Assembly (NCBI GenBank): GCA_051294905.1
Contig: CM119378.1
Location: 9,424,001 to 9,488,000 of the forward strand
DNA length: 64,000 bases
Origin: Botryllus schlosseri
Lineage: Eukaryota
Direction of reading: 5' to 3'
Every line of letters starts with the position of its first letter. The first letter of the stretch is position 1. The position numbers and the translations under genes were made by a program. A model generated the notes under the pieces. That model ran no database searches and was not told where the DNA came from. It was given only the letters and a program-made list of their open reading frames with translations. Positions 32,171 through 43,500 of the stretch are shown here, piece after piece.

Positions 32171-33618
32171 GATATTTTTTGTACAATTCGACCCTGTGTG
32201 ACCCTGAACCCTGGTAGGCTAAACCTGCTATATGCTGCACTTCACACATGAACGAATACGAATCATCAATTTTACAAATCATGTATGGCTTTTTGTTCTG
32301 TATTGTACCAGTTCAAAATACAAAAAAAAAATGCACTGGACTAGACCTCGACGAAGACAGTTCAAAATACAAAAAAAATGCACTTGACTAGACCTCGACA
32401 AAAAATTGGAATAAAAATGGATGAAGAACGAAGGTAAAATAATAGTCCCTGACATAACATACGTTAGCAAGAAATAGGCAGCAAGAGGTAGGCCTTTTTG
32501 TTCAGAAGGAAAACTAATTGCCAATTTTAAAAATCAGCATGTATATGGCTTTTTGTTCTGTATGAAATCAGTACAAAACACTAAAAAATACATGGATGAA
32601 GAAAATACGTTAGCAAGAATTGGGCCTTGATACAGAACTGTGCAATCACTTCAGCCAATACTTCTGCCTCCTCGATAACAGTCTTGCTCCTGTTTTCTCC
32701 TTTATCGTCGTCCTATAACAGAAATGAATTGATTACTTTGATTGATTAGCAGTAGAGCAATAGTCATTATATGTGTTTGTTCGTGAGTAATGTGGGACGG
32801 TCATGTCAAGTCACATTCATCCAAGGATTCCGATCCGTCTTTAGGAAGTCACGACGAACTTGGTGGAGTGCGACAGCCAAGTCAAACTTTACCATCTACT
32901 TCGACAAAATTGTCGATTCAACTCTGCGCGCCAAATTTGGCTTAATTCCAACATATAGAAGCTGATAAACCAGGGGTTCTCAGCCATCTATTGGCCGTGC
33001 CCCATTTTCGGGTTTGAAAATGTTCTTGAGACCAATCTCTTACCACAGAGTAGAGTCGTAGTCCTTTTCAATGTGTGGTAATCGCCACCACCAATTTGCA
33101 TATTTCTCTATTATAAGCACCTTTTTATCTTACTAATCATATTTAAATGTAGACCTACAGGGACAAAAAATCGCGCAAAGCACGACAAAAATCTACTTCA
33201 ACAAACGACAAACAAAGTAATTTTGGGTTCAGTCGAGCTCCCCTAATTGGGCGTTTGAAGATGGCCCTGGAAGATCGTATAACTCATCGTTATCGCTCTG
33301 GGCCAGCTTCAAACATTTCTTTGGTGAACGGGATACTATAGCTAGCTGTAAAATGTACCTAATATATATACCAGCGAAGTTTCAAATCCCTAATTTTGTA
33401 TCTCAATTTGACATCTACACGTTGGAATTGAGCCATATTTGCCATGCATCTTGTTCGCCACCGAAATAGCCGACCCAATGCTCCCTCTAATTTTTGTCAA
33501 GTCTGCACACACTCACCAACTCACAGTAGTGCATAACGACTAAAAAAATGACATCACTTCAGATTTGTTCTGTGCGCAGAGACCAACTAAGCACTGCGCA
33601 ATTGCGCACATGCGTAGT

Positions 33619-34271
33619 AGGGCTCTTCAAAAATGACTTTTTTTCTCAAATCGTACTGGCTACTTGATAAAATTGTTAGGTTACCTAATTTAAGCCTACA
33701 CACAAAATTTGGTTCAATTCCAGCCAGTAACCGCTTTGCTACAGGAGAAGTAAGTTTCTATTTATTATGTAAAAATAAATAATAAAAAATTTGAAAATTT
33801 TCTGTTCACCCCATGAAAGTGTTGGGCTGTCTATAGAAACGATGCTCACCAAATTTGGTTCAATTCAAACCAGTGGAAGCGGAGTTATTGCTGTCGAAAA
33901 ATTTGGATTTGAATAAAATAGTATTTACGGTGACCGATTCTTTGTTCATTTATTAAAGTTGTGCTCACCGTAAATACTATTTTATTCAAATGAGAATTTT
34001 CCGACGGCAATAACTCCGCTTCCACTGGTTGGAGTTGAACCAAATTTAGCGAGGGTCGTTTCTATAGACAGACCAACACCTTCATGGGGTGAACAGAAAT
34101 TTTTTTATTATTTATTTTTACATAATAAATAGAATCTTACTTCTCCTGTAGCAAAGCGGTTACTGGCTGGAATTGAACCAAATTTTGTGTGTAGGCTTAA
34201 ATTGGGTAAAATAACAATTTTATCAAGTACCCAGTACGATTTGAGAAAAAAAGTCATTTTTGAAGAGCCCT
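33619..34271. mobile_element. Foldback/palindromic MITE, ~650 bp
   Basis: Arms of ~310 bp are near-perfect reverse complements (agggctcttcaaaaatgac...gtcatttttgaagagccct). Confidence 0.85.
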
Positions 34272-37200
34272 AGTGCGCAGTGCAGCTTAGAGTGAACATG
34301 GGTCAGGCAATAGTAATCTGAGCCCCCCACGCGGTACGAATACGACCAGTTGAGGATGAACTTGCTTCCCGTGTAGAAATGTGAATTGAAAGGAGTTTGA
34401 AATGAGTGATGGATTATTGGCAAAAAAGTTTTGGAGACATTGGTTCCACCGCTAAAGCTGAGCAAGTGTAAAGAGATGATCAAAAATTTATGTAAGCAAG
34501 ACCAACAATTTTGACAAAATTAAATGACTATAACTTTTTTTTTAAATTACATCACGTCAAAGTTTGGGAACCACTGGTATAGTGTTCTGAAGATGAATGG
34601 TAGCGGCCCTTGAGGTAGCAACGATTCACTTACTGTCAAATGATATGATAAAGAACGCAGCTGTCACACAGACGTCAGATTCATAAACAAAATTACCTTG
34701 CAAGCTCCAAGAACAGTTAGAAATCGTCCCACTTTGGTTGTAATTGTTGTACTCTCGGCCGTAGGATTAGCCACTTTACATGCTCCTTCAAAGATAATAT
34801 AAGTAGATCAGGGGCTGCATTACAAAACAATGCGGCAAATCGGAATCTCCGCCAGTGGTAACAATCTTTCTCGAATGTGATCACCCCATAGTGTCAAAAT
34901 TGGCATTTCAAAACATTCCCGACTCAACACCGAGTTGCGCAATTAACGCACTTGCTTGTGATTTTGCCATGTCGGCAATGTCAGTAGAAAATGATTTCAA
35001 ATGAGGGCTTATAAGGCTGTGTGGTCAGCAACGATTTGCAATTTAGCTGTGATCTTTCACAAGAAGGGAAAGCAAAATACTTTAACTCTGTAAAAATGCT
35101 CCCGAAGGCATTGTTATCGAGGGTTTTGTAATCTCGACTGTAATATCAGTAACAACTTACGTGTAATAGTCTTGTAAAGATTAAAATTTTGAAAACTTCT
35201 TTTTTGTCCATTTTTGCTTCTTTGACCTTTTAGGCTGAACAATTGCCACACATCTTTTACAGCTATGCTTGTCATGATATTTCTGACCGTTGAAGCCAAT
35301 TGTTCACCGTAAAGTCCTTTCAGAGCAGATACCTGTAGTACAAAATACAAATGGCTCTGCCTTACGATAGTGGTGTGTACCAGAATGAAAAATAACTAGA
35401 TCAGCCCAAAAATAAGTAGGGTTTCGATATTTTTCGAATTCACTAATATAGCATTAATTCATCATGGTAAAGTACATGCAAAAATGACGATTATACCCCC
35501 AAACCCCCCTCTGGCTACGCGCCTGCATAAACATCAAATAACTTGATGGAACGTTGATCTTGACGAGAGGTTAGATCAGGGTGGGCAACTTCTCCAGTCG
35601 GCAGGCCGGATATAGGAAAATTAAGTACTTGGGCACCGGATTGCTGAATCGATGCATTATTCGTCCATTTATCCACAAGGAATATATCGTATTTAATGAA
35701 TGTCTTTCAACGACAGCAATGTCACTTCGAAGCCATTTCTCGCCGATAATGGCGAATACAATGTGGATTTGAGAATAACATTGTCATGTAGGCAATCTCG
35801 ATACAGAATTCATGCGGCCTGCGTCCTCTACCAAATTCGAAAAGTGGCCTGCAACCCATTTTGAGTTGGCGCCCCTGGCATAAGCGGTGCCTTACAAAAA
35901 CCTAGAAGTGTGCCGTGCTCCAAGTCGGCGGTTACGGAATCAAAAATAGGAAATATCAGCCTGCTGACCATTGTAGTCGACAAAAATCATGATTACTACA
36001 GACCACATTAGGTTTGATTGCATCGTTAATGCCGATAATGCAAGTCTTCTCGCTTCAACGAACTTACGCATAAGCTCCACTCTCGCAACGCTGCGCATAC
36101 ACGTATAATATAATAACATAGTCACTAAAATTTGACGTAGTAAGGAATTAGTGGGGAATCTCGGCAAACTGGGGCGGGGCATTATCATGTAGGACAGAGA
36201 ACTGCCGGCGGGCCGGACAAAATCACTTCGCGGGCTGTATGCTGCCTGCCCCTGGGTTAGATACTCCACCTAAGTTTGCTCTAATCGACAAAATCATACC
36301 AGTTCAGATTTCTTGCAATCGCCGTCAGTCAAGTTCTTTTCCAGTTGTTCCAGCTGAGATACGGTTTGACAGGGGTTTTCAATAAGATCTTCAGCAAGAT
36401 TGGGGCTGTTGTACTGTGTTTATTTTTTTTTCGTTGATGATGTGACCTTTAATTAGATCCATCATCTGTTTCATCTGCTTGGAGCTGAGGTCCATCATCT
36501 GGTTCATCTGCAACTTGATGTCTTTACGCATCAGAGAAATATACAGAGTGGTCATTGTGTGCAGATGTTGGAGTTGATGAAGAACATGGAGGAGCTTAAA
36601 AAATTATTTGAATTCAAGAAAACTGGATTGATCATATGCGATAAACTTACCATTACTTTGTGATAGGCCTTGTTGTTGACAGTCAGAATTTTGCAGTTCA
36701 ACATTGCTTACAAATGAAGGATCGTCTGGAAAATAGAGCGACTCTATTGCTTAAATTCGAGAATGAATCAAAGTGTTGGGAGCTTACTGCATTAGTTGAT
36801 TCCCTGCAACTGGCCGCTACATTCAATGTTGGGATCATGCTGTTCTTGAACACTCTCCTCACTTGATGATGGCAAACTTGCATTTGAAGCATCATTAACA
36901 AGAGCACTCTTGCTTGTCACACTTTCATCGCCAGAATCAGGAGGTGACCGCACTCTTGGAGTTGGTGTAGGCATGCCTTGTGTCTGAATACTTGGATTAC
37001 GTTTTTTCTTTGAAGGAACAGCATCATCTACAAAGTATGAAAGTTATACATATATCACTTCTGCGTATAACATATTAGGCAGAATAACAGTGTACGCTAT
37101 ATACCTTGATTATCAGATGACATGGACTTGTAAAAAATCTTTTGGCGGCTGACGTTTTCGGTTAGGGCAGGCTATTATTGTCTGCAACTGCCCTCATATC

Positions 37201-37419
37201 ACGAAAGGCCTTGACCCATAAATCTAAAACAGATGGATAATATAGATGGTAAGTTTCCAGATTTATCAAACTACTGGATTTGTAAACAGCGCAACTAGAT
37301 CTAGAATTACTCAAATTTGAAAACTCGCACAAACTTGAAAAAACGATATTGTATCGCACACGCAAACATAGAACTGCTAGGTAATGAACCACTGTACGCA
37401 AGTAACGGTATATATAGCT

Positions 37420-37812
37420 TAGTGGTTCCCAACCTTTTTCGGTGTCAGGGCCAAATTTAGAATTTCAGAGTATATTGTTGGGGCCGCACGAATTCGTGAC
37501 TGCTTTAGATCAATAAAAAGTTCACAAAATAGAGTAAAATCGAGGAGAACTGCTGCTGGGTTTTGCCTCAGGGGGCTCAGCGTATTCAACCGTGAGTCAC
37601 GTGTTGTACATCTATTCGTAGATTAGTTATCAATACCTATATACAGTAGTTAGCACTCTACTCAGAACTTTTCTGCAATCCTAATTAACAACTCCAAGCT
37701 AAGCAAGAGAATTTTATAAATATAAATTTTATTTTATATCATAAATCGATTTCTTTAAATTTTTGTGGGGGACGCAAGACGGCTAGCTCAAGGCCGCGGT
37801 TGGGAATCACTG
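37420..37812. mobile_element. hAT-type MITE
   Basis: Ends tagtggttcccaacc / ggttgggaatcactg; 8-bp TSD atatagct / gtatagct. Confidence 0.75.
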
Positions 37813-39041
37813 GTATAGCTACATGCTACAGTCTCATTTTTGTCATGATTCAAGCCATCCCAACACTGGTACTAATGAGTAACGGTAAACCTTCACAAAT
37901 TATGAGTTGACTTACCGGATGAGCATTTGATACGTATTTTGTACAGAGTCCAATTGCCCGTGTCATATTTCACTTGATGATGATGAAGCGACCCGTCCCG
38001 CCAAATCGGCGGTTCTAGCTCGCTTGAACCGTAGCCACTCTTTATGGTACTGCCTACGTCTGTGCTTCCCCGTCTTATTTTATATCTGGGCATTACGGTA
38101 CCACGTTGTAGCTGAGCTCCCACTACACTATTATAGACAAAAGTACAAGAACATTCGATCACAATGAATGATTTTAGCGACCAACATCTGATGATATTAT
38201 ATAATCCAGCACTGTCACAATAGCTTATAAGATATTCGCAAAAGTGCAAACCAAGTTCTATACTTTGTGACATTATACCATACACTATACCTATGATTCG
38301 TATCAAGCATATATAAATTACCATCTACAGCTCAGTTTTCAGTAATCCTCTTAAGGAATATGGTTGTTTGAGCCTTAATTTACCACGATCAATTCCAGAA
38401 CGCAACTAAACCTAACATACGACTGCGTAGCTGTAAGCCTCCATTACTCCATTACGAGAGCGCTTTATCTGTCAGTATTTCGCGCCGAAACTTATGTGAA
38501 CTCGCAAGGGAGAAATGGCCTCTCGTTTACACTCCGGATCAGAAGCCGGAGTCGTAGCAGGATTTCAGCCGGACTGGATGCGGATTCTGAATTAATTTCG
38601 ACAGTCGGATTTTGGCAACATTCTTAATTATAATCTTAAATACGATATCATTATTTTAGCAGAAGTTTTTTGGACGCAGAACCGGAAATTCTCCAGCCGG
38701 ATTCTGTGGACTTTCAAATTTCCTTCCAAAATTTGGGAACCGACCAATTCCAATCAAATACAACCCAACCACCGAAAGCAGCGGAGGTGGCGGAGCGCGA
38801 GGATGCGGGCTAATATGACATTTAATTTTAGTCTGCAAAATTGCAAGAAAGAGCGTGACACTAGGTGGAACATACGGTAGTGACACAGGTGATTAATCGC
38901 CCCATGAGAGTAAAAGTTCAATAAAATCTACTGTACATTTATAAACACCACTCTACCATAATAGGAAGCAATAATCGAATTTGATATTCCTAACAAATAT
39001 ATTTTCAGCATTCGACAAAATTTGGCCAAGAAAAGTTGTGG

Positions 39042-39585
39042 TTCAGCACAAGGTATGCACATAGCAATTTACAACGTAGCTACGTTGCAAATTGCTATGG
39101 TATGCACAGGATATGATTTGGACTTGACTGGACAAGAACAAGATATATTTAAGCCGTGCTTCAGCACAAGGTATGGACAAGATATGATTTGGACTTGACT
39201 GGACAAGAACAAGATATATTTAAGCCGTGCTTCAGCACAAGGTATGGACAAGATATGATTTGGACTTGACTGGACAAGAACAAGATATATTGATGTCGTG
39301 CTTCAGCACACAAGGTATGGACAAGATATGATTCAGACTTGACTGGACAAGAAAAAGATATAGGTAATTCGTGCTTCAGCACAAGGTATGGACAAGATAC
39401 GATTTGGACTTGACTGGACAAGAACAAGATATATTTAAGTCGTGCTTCAGCACAAGGTTTGCACAAAGATATGATTTGAACATGACTGGAGATGAAAAAG
39501 ATATATTTAAGTCGTGCTTCAGCACAAAGCATGCACAAGATATGATTTGAACCTGGCTGGACAAGAAAAAGATATCCTGACAGGT
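39042..39585. repeat. ~71-bp minisatellite, ~7 copies, directly after the stop codon of the secreted SU-like gene
   Basis: gtgcttcagc recurs at 39156, 39227, 39298, 39371, 39442 and 39514. Confidence 0.9.
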
Positions 39586-40767
39586 TCAAAAGACATCTAG
39601 TGTTTGCTGGGCATATAACACTTCCTTAAAGGCCAATGCCGTCTTTAAATTTCCTATTGAATTTCGACAAACCTTTTGATTTTTTTTACGTTCACATTCT
39701 ATGCTGCCTTGCAACATAGTCGGAAAATTTCTCTTCCCCATTATCCGTTGAGTATCATTATTCAGATGTTCGCGGAGGGCGTAAATCCTCAATCTAAACC
39801 AAGTATGACCATCAAAGTTTGCTGGCCTCTCCCTGGGGCCCGTCTCATTTCGAGCCTTCAACCACACGATGTCGTGATGTAATCTGGGTAATTTGACTCC
39901 CGCTGGCCATTGACTGTAGGAATAAGTTTCTTGCATTCTCGTCCCTAATCCTCTTATGCTATTATCTATTTCCATGACCACAAAGTCTCTGGACAGTATA
40001 TTTACTGCCAGATCATCTGTATAAAATGAGCATCCTATGCATTGCATCTGGTTGTCTTCTCCGTGCACACATACGTTAAATTCGCCTTTATTGACTCTCC
40101 ATCCCGCGATTTCTTCGAAACGCTGCTGACACCTTGCTGTCACTGTTGCATATTGTGCCAAGATATTCATCACTGATAACTTGTACACCGTCAACAGTTG
40201 ATGTATAGTAACTTGTGGAGTAGCATTAGGAGATATCATCCGAAGGATCGGACCTGGCACAGCCATAGTGCCATGTTCTTCCCTTCCTACCACATACTTC
40301 CATGTATGTACTAAGCCAAAGTTATTCTTTCGACGATATGTTGTGGTTCTGGTAAAGGCTGCCAAAGTAATATCGGGAGATATTCTTGATAGTTTCCGAT
40401 TGCACCCGCACTCTCTTTCGTATTGTCTAACATTGTTCCAATACCTCTTGTCAGACCCCGAGGGTGCAAATAACTTGTACAATTGATCTTGGCTAGCTCG
40501 TGTTGGACCAAATTTGGGCGTCTCTTTGTATATTGGAAAATTATTTTCCGTTTCACCTATTGGCCAACTCTCGTTCAATTTGAATAGTCGATTAAGGCGG
40601 ATGTATCTGAGACCTTGATACCGGAACGTTGTCCATCCTGTAAGATTAAATGTTAACCTCACACTCATAGCAGACAGGGGCAATAATTGGCCATGAGTTT
40701 GAAGATATCCTCGGTGTAGTGTTAAGGCTACTGCCAGCACAATCCATAATTTAAGGTAACGATTCAT
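39586..40767 (-). CDS. Secreted paralog of the Env surface subunit (393 aa)
   Basis: Signal peptide, no TM. RYWNNVRQYERECGCNRKLSRISPDIT matches Env RYWTSVQDFERTCLCQRRLGQITPNIS, and KLSVMNILAQYATVTARCQQ matches KLIMIRLFESYSAVEASCLQ. Confidence 0.85.
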   Translation of the reverse strand: MNRYLKLWIVLAVALTLHRGYLQTHGQLLPLSAMSVRLTFNLTGWTTFRYQGLRYIRLNRLFKLNESWPIGETENNFPIYKETPKFGPTRASQDQLYKLFAPSGSDKRYWNNVRQYERECGCNRKLSRISPDITLAAFTRTTTYRRKNNFGLVHTWKYVVGREEHGTMAVPGPILRMISPNATPQVTIHQLLTVYKLSVMNILAQYATVTARCQQRFEEIAGWRVNKGEFNVCVHGEDNQMQCIGCSFYTDDLAVNILSRDFVVMEIDNSIRGLGTRMQETYSYSQWPAGVKLPRLHHDIVWLKARNETGPRERPANFDGHTWFRLRIYALREHLNNDTQRIMGKRNFPTMLQGSIECERKKNQKVCRNSIGNLKTALAFKEVLYAQQTLDVF

Positions 40768-40854
40768 ATTATTATAAATTAGTTAGTATATCTGTGGACT
40801 TATGAAAAATTTTTAATTAATAAAAGTAAAATCCTTTGAGTACATATGCGTGCA

Positions 40855-43371
40855 CTACATTCTTGTCGATTTGGCTGTTTTAACGGGGGTCGATACCGAT
40901 GATATGTGCATTGTCAACTGAGTATTCGTGTTTCGCCGTTGTACCTCAGTTTTTAACTTAGGACAGCAAAGACTGCTATAACGACAGCCACAAAACAAGA
41001 CGATCCCGGCCCCCAATATCAAAATTACTGGAATTAGAACAGACCCCAGGCCGGAAAAAATTCCGCTCACTCCCTTATTGAATATTCCTCCGACCGCACC
41101 TAATCCATCTTGTAGAAGATCTCCTGTGCTATCTCCTACTGATTTTATCAAGCTTCCTACACCGTGTGTCATGTCTTCTATCGTTTGGCCCAAGTTATTC
41201 ATAAATTCTTCTCCTCCAACAAATTCGAAAGGCTTAATTGTAATATTCTCATATCGCCAATCAGAAATATTCATGTACACACTCTTATTTAGATCTTTTC
41301 TCCAAACTTGTAAACCCAAATCCACACTCTGTTGGGCTTGATCTAGACTGATTCGGTTAGCACGTAGCTCTACCCCAATGTCATTCGTCTCATTGATGTA
41401 AGCGTCTCTATAGGCTATTAATTGCTGAGCGTGTTCTTTTATCCGCAGCGTTCCTTGTCGGATTTTTGTGAGATATACTTTGCTGGAGTCGAATATTAAC
41501 TTGCCAGTTAAATTAGCCAACTCGTCCAAAACCAATCGATCAAGGGCCAGTTCAGCTTCGCTCATTTCCTTATAGTTTTGAAAAGAGGTCAGGGATGCTG
41601 TGGCTTGTCGTACTATCATTTGTCGGTTTCTTTCTATGTACTTTTCCATTAGTACAAGTCGTTTATTTGTTAACGTTGTCCTCATTTCCATGGTAGCGAT
41701 CGTTTGATCCAGTTTCTGTTGTTGGGCTATTTGCAGAAGAGAGAGTTCGTTAATCTTTCTCCCTAGTGCAGTGGACCTCTGCGTGGCCTGTATCATTCTA
41801 TTATTGATTTGTCGGCTAAGATCCAATGTTTCTTCATGTAACTGGGATGAAACTGTCGCAACGACGGCGATCGCTGATATCGCAGCAAAAACGAGACATA
41901 TCAGTCCTGACAGGAACCTTTTACGCCTTCTACGCGTACCCCGTGGGGCGGTATTACTTGATACCAATTCACCTTTAATTTCTATTGGTCCCCCTGGGAA
42001 GCGTGGTCGGTTTAGCTCCGGATCAAAATGAACATGGTCCCAAAAGGCTGCCTTCAAAATGCGTCCTCCTACAGGGTCGCGGCACAAATCCTGGTTATGT
42101 GATATTCTATTTTTACATGCTTCATCCGATGCAGTAAGAGAGGGGAAGAATTTCCACATAGGCCTGGGAAAAGGTACCCATGTTGATGTAGACGCCTTAA
42201 ACCTAGTCGGCGCACCATCAAAAAGGTTATTCCACCTCATGCCCTGATTGCCACGATTAGCATACACACTGTGATCCAAATTTGGAAAAGACGGTTGTAT
42301 CCATTTTACTCTGGGAGGAAAATTTGTCGTTGGTAGATCACCCCATATAGTGGTATTCATTCCTGGCCAGAAATTGCACGAATGGGCTATTACACCACCA
42401 TCAGGCCAGAAGTGCTCAAACCAGTACTGATTAATCCATCCCCCCTGGGCCCGGCATGGAATGAACTTATTGCGCATATACGGCCATGTACTTATTGTAG
42501 TCATTACTATTTCTTGGATGATTATATCTGCCTTATTTGGTTCCAGAGCAGAAATCACTCCTCTAAAATTACACCTTGTACAGATTCCTTTTCTGACCCC
42601 TTTTACCCTCCAAGAGTGGTATTGTTGCCAAAAAACACTATGGGAGGCATAATCTTTATCCACTAGATGCCAGCATTGTGTAAAACTATTGCTACTGGCA
42701 TTATACTTATTTAATTCACTTAATTTTTCTTTGTCCCCGTCTCTCATTGGCTCTTGAAGACATGAGGCTTCAACAGCTGAATAACTTTCGAATAGTCGTA
42801 TCATAATCAATTTAAATTTGGTTAGAGCAAACATGGAGTAATTCCTGCCAAGGTCATGATACCAGTAATAGTCCCCACTCCAGAACCAGCGAATCCTATA
42901 ATACCCTATTGGACGTATGAACATGTTTGTTTGTTTAAGAACATCATAGGAAATATTGGGCGTGATTTGGCCCAGGCGCCGTTGACAGAGACAGGTGCGT
43001 TCAAAATCTTGTACACTTGTCCAATATCTTCCATGTGGAAACGCCATTTGTTGTAATGAAAAACGCTCAGCTACTACGTAACCAAATGACTTGCTGTAAA
43101 ATAGTTCAGGCCGTCTATATACATGTCGCTCCGCCGTTTTGTTGAAAATGCTCATCAAGTGATAGTCCTCCCATTGTGTATCATTTAGAGTGATCCATTC
43201 TTCAGGCAGGGGTCCCCGTAGTTCCCCTAGCGTCCCCTGAGTGAAAGACCGTGCCCTACTTGTTACAGGATCTGCAAGTCCGTGCATGCCTTTCGCCGCC
43301 GTATGCAGCACCAAATCAGACGTACAAATGATACCAACAAGGATAGACAGAGAATAAGGAAGGATGTCCAT
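40855..43371 (-). CDS. env: Envelope glycoprotein, class I fusion type (838 aa from the Kozak ATG at 43371)
   Basis: Signal peptide, Cys/Trp-rich surface subunit with many sequons, furin site RRRRKR (41934-41917) followed by fusion peptide FLSGLICLVFAAISAIAVVA, heptad-repeat helices, Gly-rich membrane-proximal helix, TM and a Cys-containing tail. Confidence 0.88.
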   Translation of the reverse strand: MDILPYSLSILVGIICTSDLVLHTAAKGMHGLADPVTSRARSFTQGTLGELRGPLPEEWITLNDTQWEDYHLMSIFNKTAERHVYRRPELFYSKSFGYVVAERFSLQQMAFPHGRYWTSVQDFERTCLCQRRLGQITPNISYDVLKQTNMFIRPIGYYRIRWFWSGDYYWYHDLGRNYSMFALTKFKLIMIRLFESYSAVEASCLQEPMRDGDKEKLSELNKYNASSNSFTQCWHLVDKDYASHSVFWQQYHSWRVKGVRKGICTRCNFRGVISALEPNKADIIIQEIVMTTISTWPYMRNKFIPCRAQGGWINQYWFEHFWPDGGVIAHSCNFWPGMNTTIWGDLPTTNFPPRVKWIQPSFPNLDHSVYANRGNQGMRWNNLFDGAPTRFKASTSTWVPFPRPMWKFFPSLTASDEACKNRISHNQDLCRDPVGGRILKAAFWDHVHFDPELNRPRFPGGPIEIKGELVSSNTAPRGTRRRRKRFLSGLICLVFAAISAIAVVATVSSQLHEETLDLSRQINNRMIQATQRSTALGRKINELSLLQIAQQQKLDQTIATMEMRTTLTNKRLVLMEKYIERNRQMIVRQATASLTSFQNYKEMSEAELALDRLVLDELANLTGKLIFDSSKVYLTKIRQGTLRIKEHAQQLIAYRDAYINETNDIGVELRANRISLDQAQQSVDLGLQVWRKDLNKSVYMNISDWRYENITIKPFEFVGGEEFMNNLGQTIEDMTHGVGSLIKSVGDSTGDLLQDGLGAVGGIFNKGVSGIFSGLGSVLIPVILILGAGIVLFCGCRYSSLCCPKLKTEVQRRNTNTQLTMHISSVSTPVKTAKSTRM

Positions 43372-43403
43372 GGTACAGACAGTGGTGGTTCTCGCCACGT
43401 CAT
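43263..43403 (-). CDS. 46-aa single-pass membrane uORF overlapping the env start in another frame (not in the ORF track)
   Basis: MTWREPPLSVPWTSFLILCLSLLVSFVRLIWCCIRRRKACTDLQIL; weak-context AUG (gtttATGa) lies upstream of the strong-context env AUG (accATGg). Confidence 0.5.
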   Translation of the reverse strand: MTWREPPLSVPWTSFLILCLSLLVSFVRLIWCCIRRRKACTDLQIL

Positions 43404-43441
43404 AAACTAAATATAATCGCGCACTAGACCTAGACTACCGT

Positions 43442-43465
43442 CTGTAAAAACACAAAACAACAGAT
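43442..43465 (-). promoter_or_regulatory. Strong 3' splice acceptor upstream of uORF/env
   Basis: tgttgttttgtgtttttacAG, ~40 nt before the uORF AUG. Confidence 0.6.
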
Positions 43466-43500
43466 GTCGTCATTTCCGTCCTGGAACCTTAAAACGGGGT

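Larger units (their letters stand above)
32640..38060 (-). pseudogene. Decayed multi-exon gene for a DUF4806-like protein
   Basis: Exon ending W.LYKIRIKCSS with a GTAAGT donor (37916); exon starting D-LWVKAFRDM at an acceptor (37223); exon 35332-35161 with AG/GT borders encoding LKGLYGEQLASTVRNIMTSIAVKDVWQLFSLKGQR...KRSFQNFNLYKTIT; possible last exon with KYWLK. Internal stops are present. The family call is from recalled motif pattern only. Confidence 0.45.

Noticed and set aside
39042-39585. CRISPR array, or Cys-rich ORFs 39069-39589
   Set aside because: The units are contiguous with no unique spacers and the context is eukaryotic. The ORFs are translations of the minisatellite.
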